From: Acidimicrobiia bacterium
Lineage (GTDB): Bacteria; Acidobacteriota; Vicinamibacteria; Vicinamibacterales; UBA2999
Length of the DNA: 64,000 bases
Direction: 5' to 3'
Assembly (NCBI GenBank): GCA_016871375.1
Contig: VFYY01000001.1
Coordinates: 6,616-70,615, forward strand
Below, one piece after another: positions 55,257-64,000 of the stretch (position 1 is its first letter; each line of letters begins with the position of its first letter). The notes beneath the pieces were generated by a model that searched no databases, was not told the DNA's origin, and saw only the letters and a program-made list of their open reading frames with translations. The position numbers were made by a program, and so were the translations under genes.

Positions 55257-55288
55257 ACGTCACAAATCACGAGTCACACATCACAAAT
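55223..55288. repeat. Heptanucleotide repeat, dyad form (4 units + 10-nt spacer + 4 inverted units)
   Basis: GCGATGT GCGATTT GCGATTC GTGAATC - atccatacgt - CACAAAT CACGAGT CACACAT CACAAAT. By my count the arms match at 17 of 22 positions, and every mismatch is a C/T transition. It fills the map-infA spacer. Confidence 0.9.
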
Positions 55289-56075
55289 GCGCGTGAGGGA
55301 GCAGCTCGCGCGCCTTGTCGGCGTCCTGCTCGAGCAGCGTCAGGATCTCCCGCCCGTCGCCGGTGACGACCACCGTGTGCTCGAAGTGCGCCGACAGGCT
55401 CCCGTCGCGCGTCACCGCCGTCCACCCGTCGCCCAGCACCTTCACCGCCGGGTCGCCGAAGTTCACCATCGGCTCGATCGCCAGGACCATCCCTTCCGAC
55501 AGCCGGGGACCGCGGCCGCCGGGTCCGTAGTTGGCGATCTGCGGCTCCTCGTGCAGCGCGCTGCCGATGCCGTGCCCGACGAACTCGCGCACCACCGAGA
55601 ACCCGTGCGCCTCCACGTGCCGCTGCACGGCGGCGCCGATGTCCGACACCCGCGCGCCCGGCTTCACCGCGTCGATGCCCATGAAGAGCGCTTCCTGCGT
55701 CACCTTCAGGAGCGTCTCCGCCTCCGGCGACACGCGCCCGATCGGCACCGTCACCGCGCAGTCGCCGAAAAACCCGTCGAGCTTCGCGCCCATGTCGATG
55801 GAGAGAATGTCTCCGTCGACGAGGGTGCGGGCCGAGGGGATCCCGTGGACCACCTGCTCGTTCACCGACACGCACACGGTGGCGGGATACCCGTGATACC
55901 CCTTGAACGCCGGCTCGGCGCCCGCCGCGCGCACCTGCGCCTCGGCATACGCGTCGAGCTCCTGCGTCGTCACGCCGGGCGCCGCCCTCCCGCGCAGGTC
56001 GGCGAGAATCCGCCCCACGAGCTGGTTCACCCGGCGGAGCCTGTCGATCTCCGCCTTCGACCGGCAGACGATCAC
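55281..56075 (-). CDS. map: Type I methionine aminopeptidase
   Basis: GTG start at 56075 overlapping the adk stop (GTGA). Motifs FKGYHGYPATVCVSVNEQVVHGIP, DILSIDMGAKLDGFFGD, FVGHGIG, LAIEPM, HFEHTV (metal ligands). Confidence 0.93.
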   Translation of the reverse strand: MIVCRSKAEIDRLRRVNQLVGRILADLRGRAAPGVTTQELDAYAEAQVRAAGAEPAFKGYHGYPATVCVSVNEQVVHGIPSARTLVDGDILSIDMGAKLDGFFGDCAVTVPIGRVSPEAETLLKVTQEALFMGIDAVKPGARVSDIGAAVQRHVEAHGFSVVREFVGHGIGSALHEEPQIANYGPGGRGPRLSEGMVLAIEPMVNFGDPAVKVLGDGWTAVTRDGSLSAHFEHTVVVTGDGREILTLLEQDADKARELLPHAHL

Positions 56076-56740
56076 GCCACCGCCCCGCCCACGGCCGCCG
56101 CGTCGTCGATCACGGTGTCGAGCTCGTGCGCGACCCGGTCCGGCGGCTGCGCGCCGTTCACCACGCGGAACGTCGGCCGCTCGCGGTAGTACTCGACGAG
56201 CGGCCTGGTGGTGCGCTGGTAGACCTTGAGGCGCTCCATCACCACGTTCCTGTCGTCGTCGACGCGCGTCACCATCTCGCCGCCGCAGCGCTTGCAGGCC
56301 GCCGCCGCCGCCTCGCCCGGCTCGGCGTTGGTGCCGCACCCCGAGCAGATGCGCCGCTCGGCCAGCCGCCGCACCAGCTCCTGCTCGGGAACGACGATGT
56401 CCACGACGACCAGCGGCCCGCTGCCGCGCTCCTCGACCAGCTGGTCGAGCGCGCGCGCCTGCGCCACCGTCCGCGGAAAGCCGTCGAGGACGAACCCGGG
56501 CTTCGCGTCCGGCCGCGACAGCCGCTCGCGGACGATCGCCACCATCGTGTCGTCGTCCACCAGCTCGCCGCGATCCATCTTCGCCTTGGCGGCCAGCGCC
56601 ACGGGCCACTGCTCCTTGACCCCGTCGCGGAGGATGTCCCCCGTCGAGATCTTGGGCAGGCCGCGCTCGCGCGCAAAGCGCGCCGACTGGGTGCCCTTTC
56701 CCGCCCCGGGCGGCCCGAGCATGACGATGTTCAGCCCCAC
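56072..56740 (-). CDS. adk: Adenylate kinase
   Basis: MGLNIVMLGPPGAGKGTQ P-loop and a zinc-lid CSGCG...CKRCGGE. Confidence 0.95.
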   Translation of the reverse strand: MGLNIVMLGPPGAGKGTQSARFARERGLPKISTGDILRDGVKEQWPVALAAKAKMDRGELVDDDTMVAIVRERLSRPDAKPGFVLDGFPRTVAQARALDQLVEERGSGPLVVVDIVVPEQELVRRLAERRICSGCGTNAEPGEAAAAACKRCGGEMVTRVDDDRNVVMERLKVYQRTTRPLVEYYRERPTFRVVNGAQPPDRVAHELDTVIDDAAAVGGAVA

Positions 56741-56752
56741 CTGCGCCCCTGA

Positions 56753-58138
56753 TCAGCCCCGGCGTCCGCGAATCCTGGTCTTCTTCATGAACCCGTCGTA
56801 GTGCCGCATGATGAGCTGCGACTCGACCTGGTTCACGGTGTCCATGGCCACGCCGACGACGATGAGGAGCGAGGTGCCGCCGAAGAAGAACGTGACGCCG
56901 AGACCCGTCGACACCCACTGCGGCATCAGCGCCTCGAGCTGCTCGCCGATCCCGGGGATCGGCGCCAGGCGCACGCCGCTGATCAGGAACGTCGGGATCA
57001 GCGCGATGACCGCGAGGTAGACCGCGCCGACCAGCGTGATGCGGCTGAGAATCGTGTCGATGTACTCCGCCGTCCGCTTGCCCGGCCGGATGCCGGGAAT
57101 GAACCCGCCGTACTTGCGCATGTTCTCCGCCACGTCATCCGGGTTGAAGATGATCGCGGTGTAGAAGTAGGCGAAGAAGATGATGCCCACCACGTAGAGC
57201 AGGTTGTAGAGCGGCATGTTGTAGCCGAGCTGATCCGTGATGGCGCGGCCCCACGAGCCGGTCGGGAACATCGTGGCGATGGTGGCGGGGAACGCCAGGA
57301 TCGACGAGGCGAAGATGACCGGGATGACGCCGCCGGTGTTGACCTTCAGCGGGATGTGCGTGCTCGAGCCGCCGTACTGGCGCCGGCCGACCACGCGCTT
57401 GGCGTACTGCACCGTGATTCGACGATGGCCGCGCTCGACGAAGATGATGCCGGCCACGACCGCCACCATCATCAGCAGCAGGAACACGATCCGCAGCAGG
57501 CTGATCTGCCCGGTGCGCATCTGGTCGAACGTGGTCAGCACCGCGCTCGGCAGGCCGACGACGATGCCGGCGAAGATGAGCAGCGACATGCCGTTGCCGA
57601 TGCCGCGCTCGGTGATCTGCTCGCCGAGCCACATCACGAACAGCGTCCCCGTCGTCATCGTGACGACGCACATGAAGCGGAAGCTCCAGCCCGGCGCGTA
57701 GACGAGCGGCACGCCGGCGATCTGCGTCTGGTTCTCGAGCCAGACGGCGATGCCGAGCGACTGCACGAGCGCGAGCCCGAGCGTGAGGTAGCGCGTGTAC
57801 TGCGTGATCTTGCGGCGGCCGAGCTCGCCTTCCTTCGAGATGCGCTCGAGGGTCGGCCACACGACGGTGAGCAGCTGCAGGATGATCGACGCGCTGATGT
57901 ACGGCATGACGCCGAGCGCGAAGATCGTCATCTGCGACAGGTTCTGCCCGGAGAACATGTCGTAGAGGCCGAACATCGTGTTCCGCGTCTGTTCCGCCAG
58001 CACGAGCAGCGCCTGCGGGTTCACTCCCGGGGTGGTGATGTGGCTGCCGATGCGATACACGCCGAGCAGCGCCAGCGTGAACAGCACGCGGTTGCGCAGG
58101 TCGGCGATCTGGAACAGGTTCTTGAGCGCGTTTTCCAT
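56753..58138 (-). CDS. secY: Preprotein translocase subunit SecY
   Basis: 461 aa. ...LFTLALLGVYRIGSHITTPGV..., MFSGQNLSQMTIFALGVMPYISASIILQLL is canonical SecY. Confidence 0.96.
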   Translation of the reverse strand: MENALKNLFQIADLRNRVLFTLALLGVYRIGSHITTPGVNPQALLVLAEQTRNTMFGLYDMFSGQNLSQMTIFALGVMPYISASIILQLLTVVWPTLERISKEGELGRRKITQYTRYLTLGLALVQSLGIAVWLENQTQIAGVPLVYAPGWSFRFMCVVTMTTGTLFVMWLGEQITERGIGNGMSLLIFAGIVVGLPSAVLTTFDQMRTGQISLLRIVFLLLMMVAVVAGIIFVERGHRRITVQYAKRVVGRRQYGGSSTHIPLKVNTGGVIPVIFASSILAFPATIATMFPTGSWGRAITDQLGYNMPLYNLLYVVGIIFFAYFYTAIIFNPDDVAENMRKYGGFIPGIRPGKRTAEYIDTILSRITLVGAVYLAVIALIPTFLISGVRLAPIPGIGEQLEALMPQWVSTGLGVTFFFGGTSLLIVVGVAMDTVNQVESQLIMRHYDGFMKKTRIRGRRG

Positions 58139-58585
58139 TTAGGCCAGCACTTCTGCCGCGCCACCCGCCGCGGCGATCTTCTCCGCCGCCCTGCCGCTGA
58201 ACTTGTGCGCCCGCACGGTCAGCTTCTTCGCGATGTCGCCGCGGGCGAGCACCTTGATCGGGGCCGTGGCGCCGTGCACCAGGCCGCTCTCGCGGAGCAG
58301 CTCCGGCGTGATCACCGTGCCGGCGTCGAAGCGCTCGGCCAGCGTGTCGAGGTTGACGACCGCGTACTCGCGGCGGAACCCGTTGTGGAACCCGCGCTTC
58401 GGGATGCGCCGGTGCAGCGGCATCTGGCCGCCCTCGAACCCGCGCTTGAACTTGAAGCCCGAGCGCGACTGCGCGCCCTTGTGGCCGCGCCCGGCCTGCG
58501 CGCCCTGGCCCGTGCCGTGGCCGCGGCCGACGCGCTTCTTCGCGTGCTTCGCCCCCTGGGCCGGCTTGAGATTGGAGAGATCCAT
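58139..58585 (-). CDS. rplO: 50S ribosomal protein L15
   Basis: Start set at ATG 58585: MDLSNLKPAQGAKHAKKRVGRGHGTGQGAQAGRGHKGAQSRSG... The upstream ORF-track codons lie in the heptamer repeat. Confidence 0.94.
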   Translation of the reverse strand: MDLSNLKPAQGAKHAKKRVGRGHGTGQGAQAGRGHKGAQSRSGFKFKRGFEGGQMPLHRRIPKRGFHNGFRREYAVVNLDTLAERFDAGTVITPELLRESGLVHGATAPIKVLARGDIAKKLTVRAHKFSGRAAEKIAAAGGAAEVLA

Positions 58586-58661
58586 ATGTGTATTTGTGAT
58601 TTGTGATTTGTGATTTGCGATTTGTGATTTGTCTTCACGAATCACGAATCGCACATCGTCA
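58586..58661. repeat. Heptanucleotide tandem repeat (ATTTGYG)6 followed by degenerate inverted units
   Basis: ATTTGTG x3, ATTTGCG, ATTTGTG, ATTTGTC (58592-58633), then TTCACGA ATCACGA ATCGCAC ATCGTCA. It fills the rpmD-rplO spacer. Confidence 0.92.
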
Positions 58662-58868
58662 ATCGCTCACCCTCACCAAATGACGCACCTTGTGAATCAT
58701 GCCGCGTGTTTCCGGCGTGTCCGGCAGCTCCACCGTGTGGCGGATGCGGCGCAGGCCCAGGCCTTCCACCGTCAGCGCCTGCGTCTTGTTGAACCCGATC
58801 GGGCTGCGCAGGAGGGTCACCTTGACCCGCTTCGCGGCCGCGCCCTTCGCTGCAGTCTTCTTGGCCAT
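58659..58868 (-). CDS. rpmD: 50S ribosomal protein L30
   Basis: ...VKVTLLRSPIGFNKTQALTVEGLGLRRIRHTVELPDTPETRGMIHKVRHLV is canonical L30. Confidence 0.93.
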   Translation of the reverse strand: MAKKTAAKGAAAKRVKVTLLRSPIGFNKTQALTVEGLGLRRIRHTVELPDTPETRGMIHKVRHLVRVSD

Positions 58869-58870
58869 CG

Positions 58871-59395
58871 TTACGCCCCGACCAGTTCCCCTTCTTCCTT
58901 GCCGCGCATCCGCGCCACCAACGCCGGATCCTTGAGGCCCATCAGCCCCGAGAAGGTGGCGCGCACCACGTTGTGCGGGTTCGCCGATCCGAGCGACTTC
59001 GTCAGCACGTTCTGGATGCCCGCCGACTCCACGACCGCGCGGACGGCGCCGCCCGCGATGAGCCCGGTGCCCTCGGGCGCCGGCTTGAGCAGCACGCTGC
59101 CCGAGCCGAAGCGGCCGACCACCTGGCGCGGAATCGTGGTGCCCCTGAGCGGGACCTTGATGAGGTTCTTCTTCGCGGCCTCGATGCCCTTCTTGATCGC
59201 CGACGGCACTTCCTTCGCCTTGCCGACGCCGAAGCCCACCACGCCGTGGCCGTCGCCGACGACGACCAGCGCGCTGAAGCTCAGGTTCTTGCCGCCCTTG
59301 ACGACCTTCGTCACGCGGTTGATCGAGACGACCGTGTCCTTGATCTCGAGCTGGGACGCGTCGATCTTCTCGCGGTCGCGATTCATGTTCGCCAT
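58871..59395 (-). CDS. rpsE: 30S ribosomal protein S5
   Basis: ...[49 protein letters not shown]... is canonical S5. Confidence 0.96.
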   Translation of the reverse strand: MANMNRDREKIDASQLEIKDTVVSINRVTKVVKGGKNLSFSALVVVGDGHGVVGFGVGKAKEVPSAIKKGIEAAKKNLIKVPLRGTTIPRQVVGRFGSGSVLLKPAPEGTGLIAGGAVRAVVESAGIQNVLTKSLGSANPHNVVRATFSGLMGLKDPALVARMRGKEEGELVGA

Positions 59396-59769
59396 CAGAA
59401 CTCCAGACCTGCTTCGCGCGCCGCGTCGGCCACCGCCTTCACGCGCCCGTGATAGAGGAACCCGTTGCGGTCGAACACGACGCGCTTGACGCCCTGCTCG
59501 AGCAGCCGCTCGGCGATCGTCTTGCCGATCGCCTTGGCGCCCGCGACGTTGCCGCCGCGCGCGTCCTGCTTCATGCCGCCCTTCACCTTCGGCTCGACGC
59601 TGGACGCCGACGCGATCGTCCTGCCGGTCCTGTCGTCCACCACCTGCACGTAGATGTGCGCCACGCTGCGGAACACCGTCAGGCGCGGCCGCGCCTCGGT
59701 GCCCTGCACGCGCTTGCGGATCCGGTGCTTGATCCGGTCCCGGCGATCCTCTTTCGTCTTGATCCGCAT
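59395..59769 (-). CDS. rplR: 50S ribosomal protein L18
   Basis: ...[31 protein letters not shown]...[27 protein letters not shown] is canonical L18. Confidence 0.95.
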   Translation of the reverse strand: MRIKTKEDRRDRIKHRIRKRVQGTEARPRLTVFRSVAHIYVQVVDDRTGRTIASASSVEPKVKGGMKQDARGGNVAGAKAIGKTIAERLLEQGVKRVVFDRNGFLYHGRVKAVADAAREAGLEF

Positions 59770-59771
59770 CG

Positions 59772-60320
59772 TTATGCTCCGGTCTTCCCGACCTTCTTCT
59801 TCAGCACTTCGCCCGTGTAGCGGACGCCCTTCTGCTTGTACGGGTCGGGCTTCCGCATGCGGCGGATGTTGGCCGCCACCTGGCCGACGAGCTGCCGGTC
59901 GGCGCCCGTCACCGTGATGTGCGTCTGCTTGTCGATGGCGACGTCGATCCCGTTCGGGATGTCGAACACGATCGGATGCGAGTAGCCGAGGGCGAACACC
60001 ACCTGCTTGCCCTTCACCTCGGCGCGGTAGCCGATGCCGACGATGTCGAGCTCCTTCTTGAAGCCCTCGGTCACGCCGGCCACGGCATTGGCGACGAGGC
60101 TGCGCGCCAGGCCGTGGAACTTGCGCAGCTCGCCGTCCTCGCGGGCCAGCGACGCCACCAGCTGGTCGCCGGCGCCGGTCTTGTCCCGCGCGAACACGAT
60201 GCCCGGCGGCAGCGCCTGCCGCAGCTGCCCCTTCGGGCCCTTCACTTCGACCGCGTCGGGCGCAATCGTGACGGTGACGCCCTTCGGGATCGGGATCGGC
60301 TTCTTACCAATTCGAGACAT
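59772..60320 (-). CDS. rplF: 50S ribosomal protein L6
   Basis: [33 protein letters not shown]... is canonical L6. Confidence 0.96.
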   Translation of the reverse strand: MSRIGKKPIPIPKGVTVTIAPDAVEVKGPKGQLRQALPPGIVFARDKTGAGDQLVASLAREDGELRKFHGLARSLVANAVAGVTEGFKKELDIVGIGYRAEVKGKQVVFALGYSHPIVFDIPNGIDVAIDKQTHITVTGADRQLVGQVAANIRRMRKPDPYKQKGVRYTGEVLKKKVGKTGA

Positions 60321-60326
60321 GGTCCA

Positions 60327-60740
60327 TTACCACACGTTGCAGAGCACTTCGCCGCCGACGCCGGCCTTGCGGGCCGCGCGACCGGTCATCACGCCGCGCG
60401 AGGTCGTCAGGATGCTCGTACCCAGGCCGCCGAGCACCGTCGGCACGTCGTCGACGCCGAGATAGACGCGGCGCCCCGGACGGCTGATGCGCTCGATGCC
60501 GCTGATCACCTTCTCGCCGCGCGGGCCGTACTTGAGGAACACGCGAATCACCTGGCGCGGCTGCCGGCCCTCCTTCTCGGCCGGCTCCTCGACGAGGCGA
60601 TAGCCCTGGATGTAGCCCTCGTCCTGCAGGATGCGGGCAATCTCCGCCTTGAGCCTGCTGGCGGGCAGGTCCACCCGGGAGTGCTTGGCCGCAACCCCGT
60701 TGCGGATGCGCGCGAGCATGTCGGAAATCGGATCTGTCAT
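60327..60740 (-). CDS. rpsH: 30S ribosomal protein S8
   Basis: MTDPISDMLARIRNGVAAKHSRVDLPASRLK... is canonical S8. Confidence 0.96.
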   Translation of the reverse strand: MTDPISDMLARIRNGVAAKHSRVDLPASRLKAEIARILQDEGYIQGYRLVEEPAEKEGRQPRQVIRVFLKYGPRGEKVISGIERISRPGRRVYLGVDDVPTVLGGLGTSILTTSRGVMTGRAARKAGVGGEVLCNVW

Positions 60741-60747
60741 ATCCCTC

Positions 60748-60933
60748 TCACCACGAGCTCTTGGTCACGCCGGTGATGTCGCCTTCGAGCGCCAGCTTGC
60801 GGAAGCAGAGGCGGCACATCGAGAACTTGCGGATGAACGCCCGCGGCCGCCCGCACAGCTTGCAGCGGTTGCGGAGGCGGATCTTGTACTTGGGTGGCTT
60901 CGCTTCTTTCGCGACTTTTGCTGTCGTTGCCAT
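60748..60933 (-). CDS. rpsN: 30S ribosomal protein S14, short zinc-binding (type Z) form
   Basis: 61 aa with [22 protein letters not shown] (CxxC...CxxC). Confidence 0.94.
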   Translation of the reverse strand: MATTAKVAKEAKPPKYKIRLRNRCKLCGRPRAFIRKFSMCRLCFRKLALEGDITGVTKSSW

Positions 60934-60943
60934 CTCGATCCTT

Positions 60944-61489
60944 CTAGTTCGTGGTCCGGAACGGCATGCCCATGAACTGCAGCAGCTTCCGCGCCTCTTC
61001 GTCGGTCCTGGCCGTCGTCACCACCGACACGTTCATCCCGCGCGCCTTGTCGACCTTCATGTAGTCGATCTCGGGAAACAGCAGCTGGTCGCGCAGGCCC
61101 AGCGTGTAGTTGCCGCGGCCGTCGAACCCCTTCGGCGACACGCCGCGGAAGTCGCGCACGCGCGGCAGCGCGATGTTCATCAGGCGGTCGAGGAACTCGT
61201 ACATCCGCTCCCCGCGCAGCGTGACCATCGCCCCGACCGGCATGCCCTGGCGCAGCTTGAACTGCGCGATGGACTTGGTGGCGCGGCGCACGACCGCCTT
61301 CTGGCCGGTGATGCGCGACAGCTCGTCGGCGCCGACGTCGGCCAGCTTGGCGTTCTGCGTCGCCTCGCCGAGCCCCATGTTGATGACGACCTTCTCGATC
61401 TTGGGGATCGCCATGACGTTCGTGTAGCCGAACTCCTTCTTGAGCGCCGGCACGACGTCCTTCTGATACCGCTCTTTCAACCGGCTCAT
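60944..61489 (-). CDS. rplE: 50S ribosomal protein L5
   Basis: Start set at ATG 61489, overlapping the rplX stop (ATGA): [43 protein letters not shown]... Confidence 0.95.
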   Translation of the reverse strand: MSRLKERYQKDVVPALKKEFGYTNVMAIPKIEKVVINMGLGEATQNAKLADVGADELSRITGQKAVVRRATKSIAQFKLRQGMPVGAMVTLRGERMYEFLDRLMNIALPRVRDFRGVSPKGFDGRGNYTLGLRDQLLFPEIDYMKVDKARGMNVSVVTTARTDEEARKLLQFMGMPFRTTN

Positions 61490-61818
61490 TTGTCGACCAC
61501 TCCCTCGCACTTGCGGCAGATCCGCACCTTGCGGCCGTCGTTGAGGATCCGGTGCCCGACGCGCGTCATCTTGCCGCACTCGGGGCACACGAGCTGGACG
61601 TTGCTGGCGTGCAGCGACGCCTCGCGCTCGACGATCCCGCCCTTGATGTTGCGCTGCGGGTTCGGCCGCGTGTGGCGCTTGATGATGTTCACGCCCTCCA
61701 CGATCAGCCGGTTCCGCGTCGGGAGCACCTTCAGCACGCGCCCCCGCTTGCCGCTGTCCTTGCCGGTCGTGACGACCACCTGGTCGTTGCGGCGGATCGG
61801 TGTTTGCAGTCTCGACAT
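61486..61818 (-). CDS. rplX: 50S ribosomal protein L24
   Basis: ...[24 protein letters not shown] (KOW motif). It carries a CPECG...CRKCEG zinc-ribbon-like C-terminal segment. Confidence 0.94.
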   Translation of the reverse strand: MSRLQTPIRRNDQVVVTTGKDSGKRGRVLKVLPTRNRLIVEGVNIIKRHTRPNPQRNIKGGIVEREASLHASNVQLVCPECGKMTRVGHRILNDGRKVRICRKCEGVVDK

Positions 61819-61849
61819 AGTTCGTTCCCGGGCCGACTACCGTCGGCCC

Positions 61850-62218
61850 CTACAGCACCTCGGGCGCCAGCGAGATGATCTTCATGAACCGGCGCTCGCG
61901 GAGCTCGCGCGCCACCGGCCCGAACACGCGCGTGCCCACCGGCTCGCCCTGGTCGTTGATGAGCACCGCGGCGTTGCGGTCGAAGCGGATGTAGCTGCCG
62001 TCGCGGCGGCGCTGCTCCTTGACCGTGCGCACGATGACCGCCTTGACGACCTGCCCCTTCTTGACCGTCCCGTCCGGCGTCGCTTCCTTCACCGAGGCGG
62101 TGATGATGTCGCCGAGCCGCGCGTAGCGGCCGGTGGACCCGCCAATCGGGTTGATGACGGCGATCTTGCGCGCGCCGGAGTTGTCGGCGACGTCGAGAAT
62201 CGATCGCATCTGAATCAT
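61850..62218 (-). CDS. rplN: 50S ribosomal protein L14
   Basis: [33 protein letters not shown]... is canonical L14. Confidence 0.96.
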   Translation of the reverse strand: MIQMRSILDVADNSGARKIAVINPIGGSTGRYARLGDIITASVKEATPDGTVKKGQVVKAVIVRTVKEQRRRDGSYIRFDRNAAVLINDQGEPVGTRVFGPVARELRERRFMKIISLAPEVL

Positions 62219-62230
62219 GGCGGCTCTCCG

Positions 62231-62485
62231 TTAGACCTGCGGCGCCCTGGCGACGACGCGCGTGACGACCCAGCGCTTGCGCCGGCTGAGCGGACGCGAC
62301 TCGGCGATGGCGACCGTGTCGCCCACCTTCGCCTCGTTGTTCTCGTTGTGCGCGACGAACGTCGACGTCTTGCGCTGCGACTTGCCGTACACGTCGTGCC
62401 GCACCTGCCGCTCGACGGCGACGACGACGGTCTTCTCCATCTTGTCGCTGACGACGGTGCCGGTGAGTTGTGACTTAGCGCTCAT
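62231..62485 (-). CDS. rpsQ: 30S ribosomal protein S17
   Basis: ...[29 protein letters not shown]... is canonical S17. Confidence 0.95.
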   Translation of the reverse strand: MSAKSQLTGTVVSDKMEKTVVVAVERQVRHDVYGKSQRKTSTFVAHNENNEAKVGDTVAIAESRPLSRRKRWVVTRVVARAPQV

Positions 62486-62492
62486 GTCCTGC

Positions 62493-62696
62493 CTACTGCC
62501 GGCTGCCGGCTGCCTGCTTCTCTTTCAGAATCGTCTTGATCCGGGCCAGGTCCTTGCGGACCTCGCGCACCCTGGCCGGCGCCTCGAGCTGGCCCATCGA
62601 CTTCTGGATGCGCAGCCGGAAGAGCTGATCGTCGAGGTCCTTCACGCGCGCGCGCAGATCGTCGACCGTCAGCTCGCGGATCTCCGCCACCTTCAT
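62493..62696 (-). CDS. rpmC: 50S ribosomal protein L29
   Basis: Start set at ATG 62696, overlapping the rplP stop (ATGA): [38 protein letters not shown]... Confidence 0.93.
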   Translation of the reverse strand: MKVAEIRELTVDDLRARVKDLDDQLFRLRIQKSMGQLEAPARVREVRKDLARIKTILKEKQAAGSRQ

Positions 62697-63118
62697 GACA
62701 CCCTCTCCTGCGCGAAGCGCGTGGCGAACTTGGTCTTGATGGGCAGCTTGGCCGCGGCGAGCTCCATCGCGCGCCGGGCGTCGACCTCGGGCACGCCCTC
62801 CATCTCGAAGAGGATGCGGCCGGGCCGGATCACGCACACCCATTCCTCGGGCGCGCCCTTGCCCTTGCCCATGCGCGTCTCCTGCGGCTTCTTCGTGATC
62901 GGCTTGTCGGGGAAGACGCGCACCCAGATCTTGCCGCCGCGCTTGGTCGACCGCGCCAGCGCCACGCGCGCCGCCTCGATCTGGCGCGCCGTCATCCAGC
63001 ACGGCTCCATCGCCTTGAGCCCGAAGTCGCCGAACGACACGTCGGACCCGCGCCACGCCTTGCCGGCCATGCGCCCGCGCTGCTGCTTCCTGTACTTGAC
63101 CTTCTTCGGCATCAACAT
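62693..63118 (-). CDS. rplP: 50S ribosomal protein L16
   Basis: [36 protein letters not shown]... is canonical L16. Confidence 0.96.
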   Translation of the reverse strand: MLMPKKVKYRKQQRGRMAGKAWRGSDVSFGDFGLKAMEPCWMTARQIEAARVALARSTKRGGKIWVRVFPDKPITKKPQETRMGKGKGAPEEWVCVIRPGRILFEMEGVPEVDARRAMELAAAKLPIKTKFATRFAQERVS

Positions 63119-63154
63119 GATGCGATTCCTCGTTCCACGTTCCGCGTTCGCTCG

Positions 63155-63844
63155 CTACGCTCGCCGCTCAGGACGACGCGGCGCCCGATCGCGATATTCC
63201 TCGTCGCGGCCCACGCGCGGCACGAGGCGCTCGCCCTTGTAGAGCCACACCTTCACGCCGATCTGCCCGTAGGTCGTGTTGGCTTCCGCGAAGCCGTAGT
63301 CGATGTCCGCGCGCAGCGTCTGCAGCGGCAGCTGGCCGTGCAGGTACCACTCGGAGCGCGCGATTTCCGCGCCGTTCAGCCGCCCCGACACGCGCACCTT
63401 GATGCCGCGCGCGCCGAAGCGCAGGGCGGACTCGACCGCCTTGCGCATCGCGCGGCGGAACGCCACGCGCTTCTCGAGCTGCACGGCGACCGACTCGGAG
63501 ATCAGCTGCGCCTCGAGCTCCGGCTTCTGGATCTCCTGGATGTTGATGAAGACCTGGCGGCTCGTCCGCTTCTGGATCTCCTGCTTTAGCTTGTCGACCT
63601 CCGTCCCCTTGCGGCCGATGATGATGCCCGGGCGCGAGGTGTAGATGTCGATCTTCAGGTTGTTCGCCGCGCGCTCGGTCTCGATGCGCGACACGCCCGC
63701 GTGCGAGAAGCGCTTCTTCAGCTCCTGCCGCAGCTTCAGGTCCTCGTGGAGCAACTTCGCGTACTCCTTGTCCGAGAACCAGCGCGAGCGCCAGGTCTTG
63801 TTGAAGCCGAGCCGGAATCCGTAGGGGTGAACCTTCTGGCCCAC
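63155..63844 (-). CDS. rpsC: 30S ribosomal protein S3
   Basis: GTG start at 63844 preceded by AGGAGA: [23 protein letters not shown]... is canonical S3. The upstream ORF-track codons lie in the heptamer repeat. Confidence 0.95.
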   Translation of the reverse strand: MGQKVHPYGFRLGFNKTWRSRWFSDKEYAKLLHEDLKLRQELKKRFSHAGVSRIETERAANNLKIDIYTSRPGIIIGRKGTEVDKLKQEIQKRTSRQVFINIQEIQKPELEAQLISESVAVQLEKRVAFRRAMRKAVESALRFGARGIKVRVSGRLNGAEIARSEWYLHGQLPLQTLRADIDYGFAEANTTYGQIGVKVWLYKGERLVPRVGRDEEYRDRAPRRPERRA

Positions 63845-63854
63845 AGTCTCTCCT

Positions 63855-63931
63855 ATTTGCGATTTGTGATTTGTGATTTGCGATTGGAGCTGTGATTCGA
63901 AATCACAAATCGCAAATCGCAAATCGCAAAT
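63855..63931. repeat. Heptanucleotide repeat, dyad form: (ATTTGYG)4 + spacer + (CRCAAAT)4
   Basis: ATTTGCG ATTTGTG ATTTGTG ATTTGCG (63855-63882), a 21-nt spacer, then CACAAAT CGCAAAT CGCAAAT CGCAAAT (63904-63931). It fills the spacer between the presumed rplV and rpsC. Confidence 0.93.
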
Positions 63932-63935
63932 GTCA

Positions 63936-64000
63936 TTACGCCTTCGCCGCCGCCGCGCGCTTCGGCGCCGCGGTCTTTCTCGCTCGCGCCGGTTTCTGCG
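63936..64000 (-). CDS. rplV: Probable 50S ribosomal protein L22, C-terminal tail only (partial at window end)
   Basis: Reverse frame reads ...[20 protein letters not shown]-stop (TAA at 63938-63936). The assignment rests only on the conserved gene order L22-S3-L16 and the basic tail; no core L22 sequence is visible. Confidence 0.5.
   Translation of the reverse strand, partial: QKPARARKTAAPKRAAAAKA

Overview
High-GC (hand counts about 70-75% in typical stretches) bacterial chromosomal window with a Gram-negative-type envelope gene set. I guess Acidobacteriota or Myxococcota-like, but I cannot place it from sequence alone. Almost all of it is coding, and I found no rRNA, tRNA, CRISPR array, transposase or integrase.

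Layout:
1. 1-20606: a large type IVa pilus cluster.
 - Minor pilins: FimT/GspH-like x2, PilV-, PilW- and PilX-like.
 - A long minus-strand block: pilB-pilT-pilC-pilS-pilR, then two pilA paralogues, a YfhO-like GT-C membrane protein, a VKOR-DsbA fusion, an ABC ATPase, an ABC-2 permease, a TPR-like protein, pilD and a histidine kinase.
2. 20650-26266: an OM beta-barrel candidate, a Yip1-like membrane protein, and a MacA/MacB-type adaptor plus two FtsX-type permeases.
3. 26268-35741: five tandem intact paralogues of a membrane-anchored alkaline-phosphatase-superfamily (LtaS/EptA-architecture) protein, interrupted by an oppositely oriented GT-C-like membrane protein and a 105-bp nested palindrome. 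This is my top candidate for something undescribed.
4. 35708-40790: amtB, a TorF-like porin, glnD and a P-II gene.
5. 41216-43312: a stand-alone EF-G paralogue lacking the catalytic His.
6. 43407-51443: an accessory-looking stretch with GC dips. It holds a zinc PLC-like secreted protein, a lipoprotein, an NHL-repeat protein, an alpha/beta hydrolase and an orphan polytopic membrane protein.
7. 51576-64000: the conserved rplV...rpsC...secY-adk-map-infA-rpmJ-rpsM-rpsK-rpsD-rpoA-rplQ block.

Non-coding highlights:
- A family of tandem heptanucleotide (ATTTGYG)n, often hairpin-forming, repeats fills essentially every sizeable spacer inside the pilus and ribosomal operons.
- Two other heptamer repeat types are present.
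- The first pilin gene has a textbook sigma-54 promoter with an upstream palindrome and its own intrinsic terminator.
- TGACA/GACA-TGTC palindromes recur in three regulatory regions.

Many long ORFs in the track are antisense or frame-shadow artefacts of the high GC content, and I rejected them.
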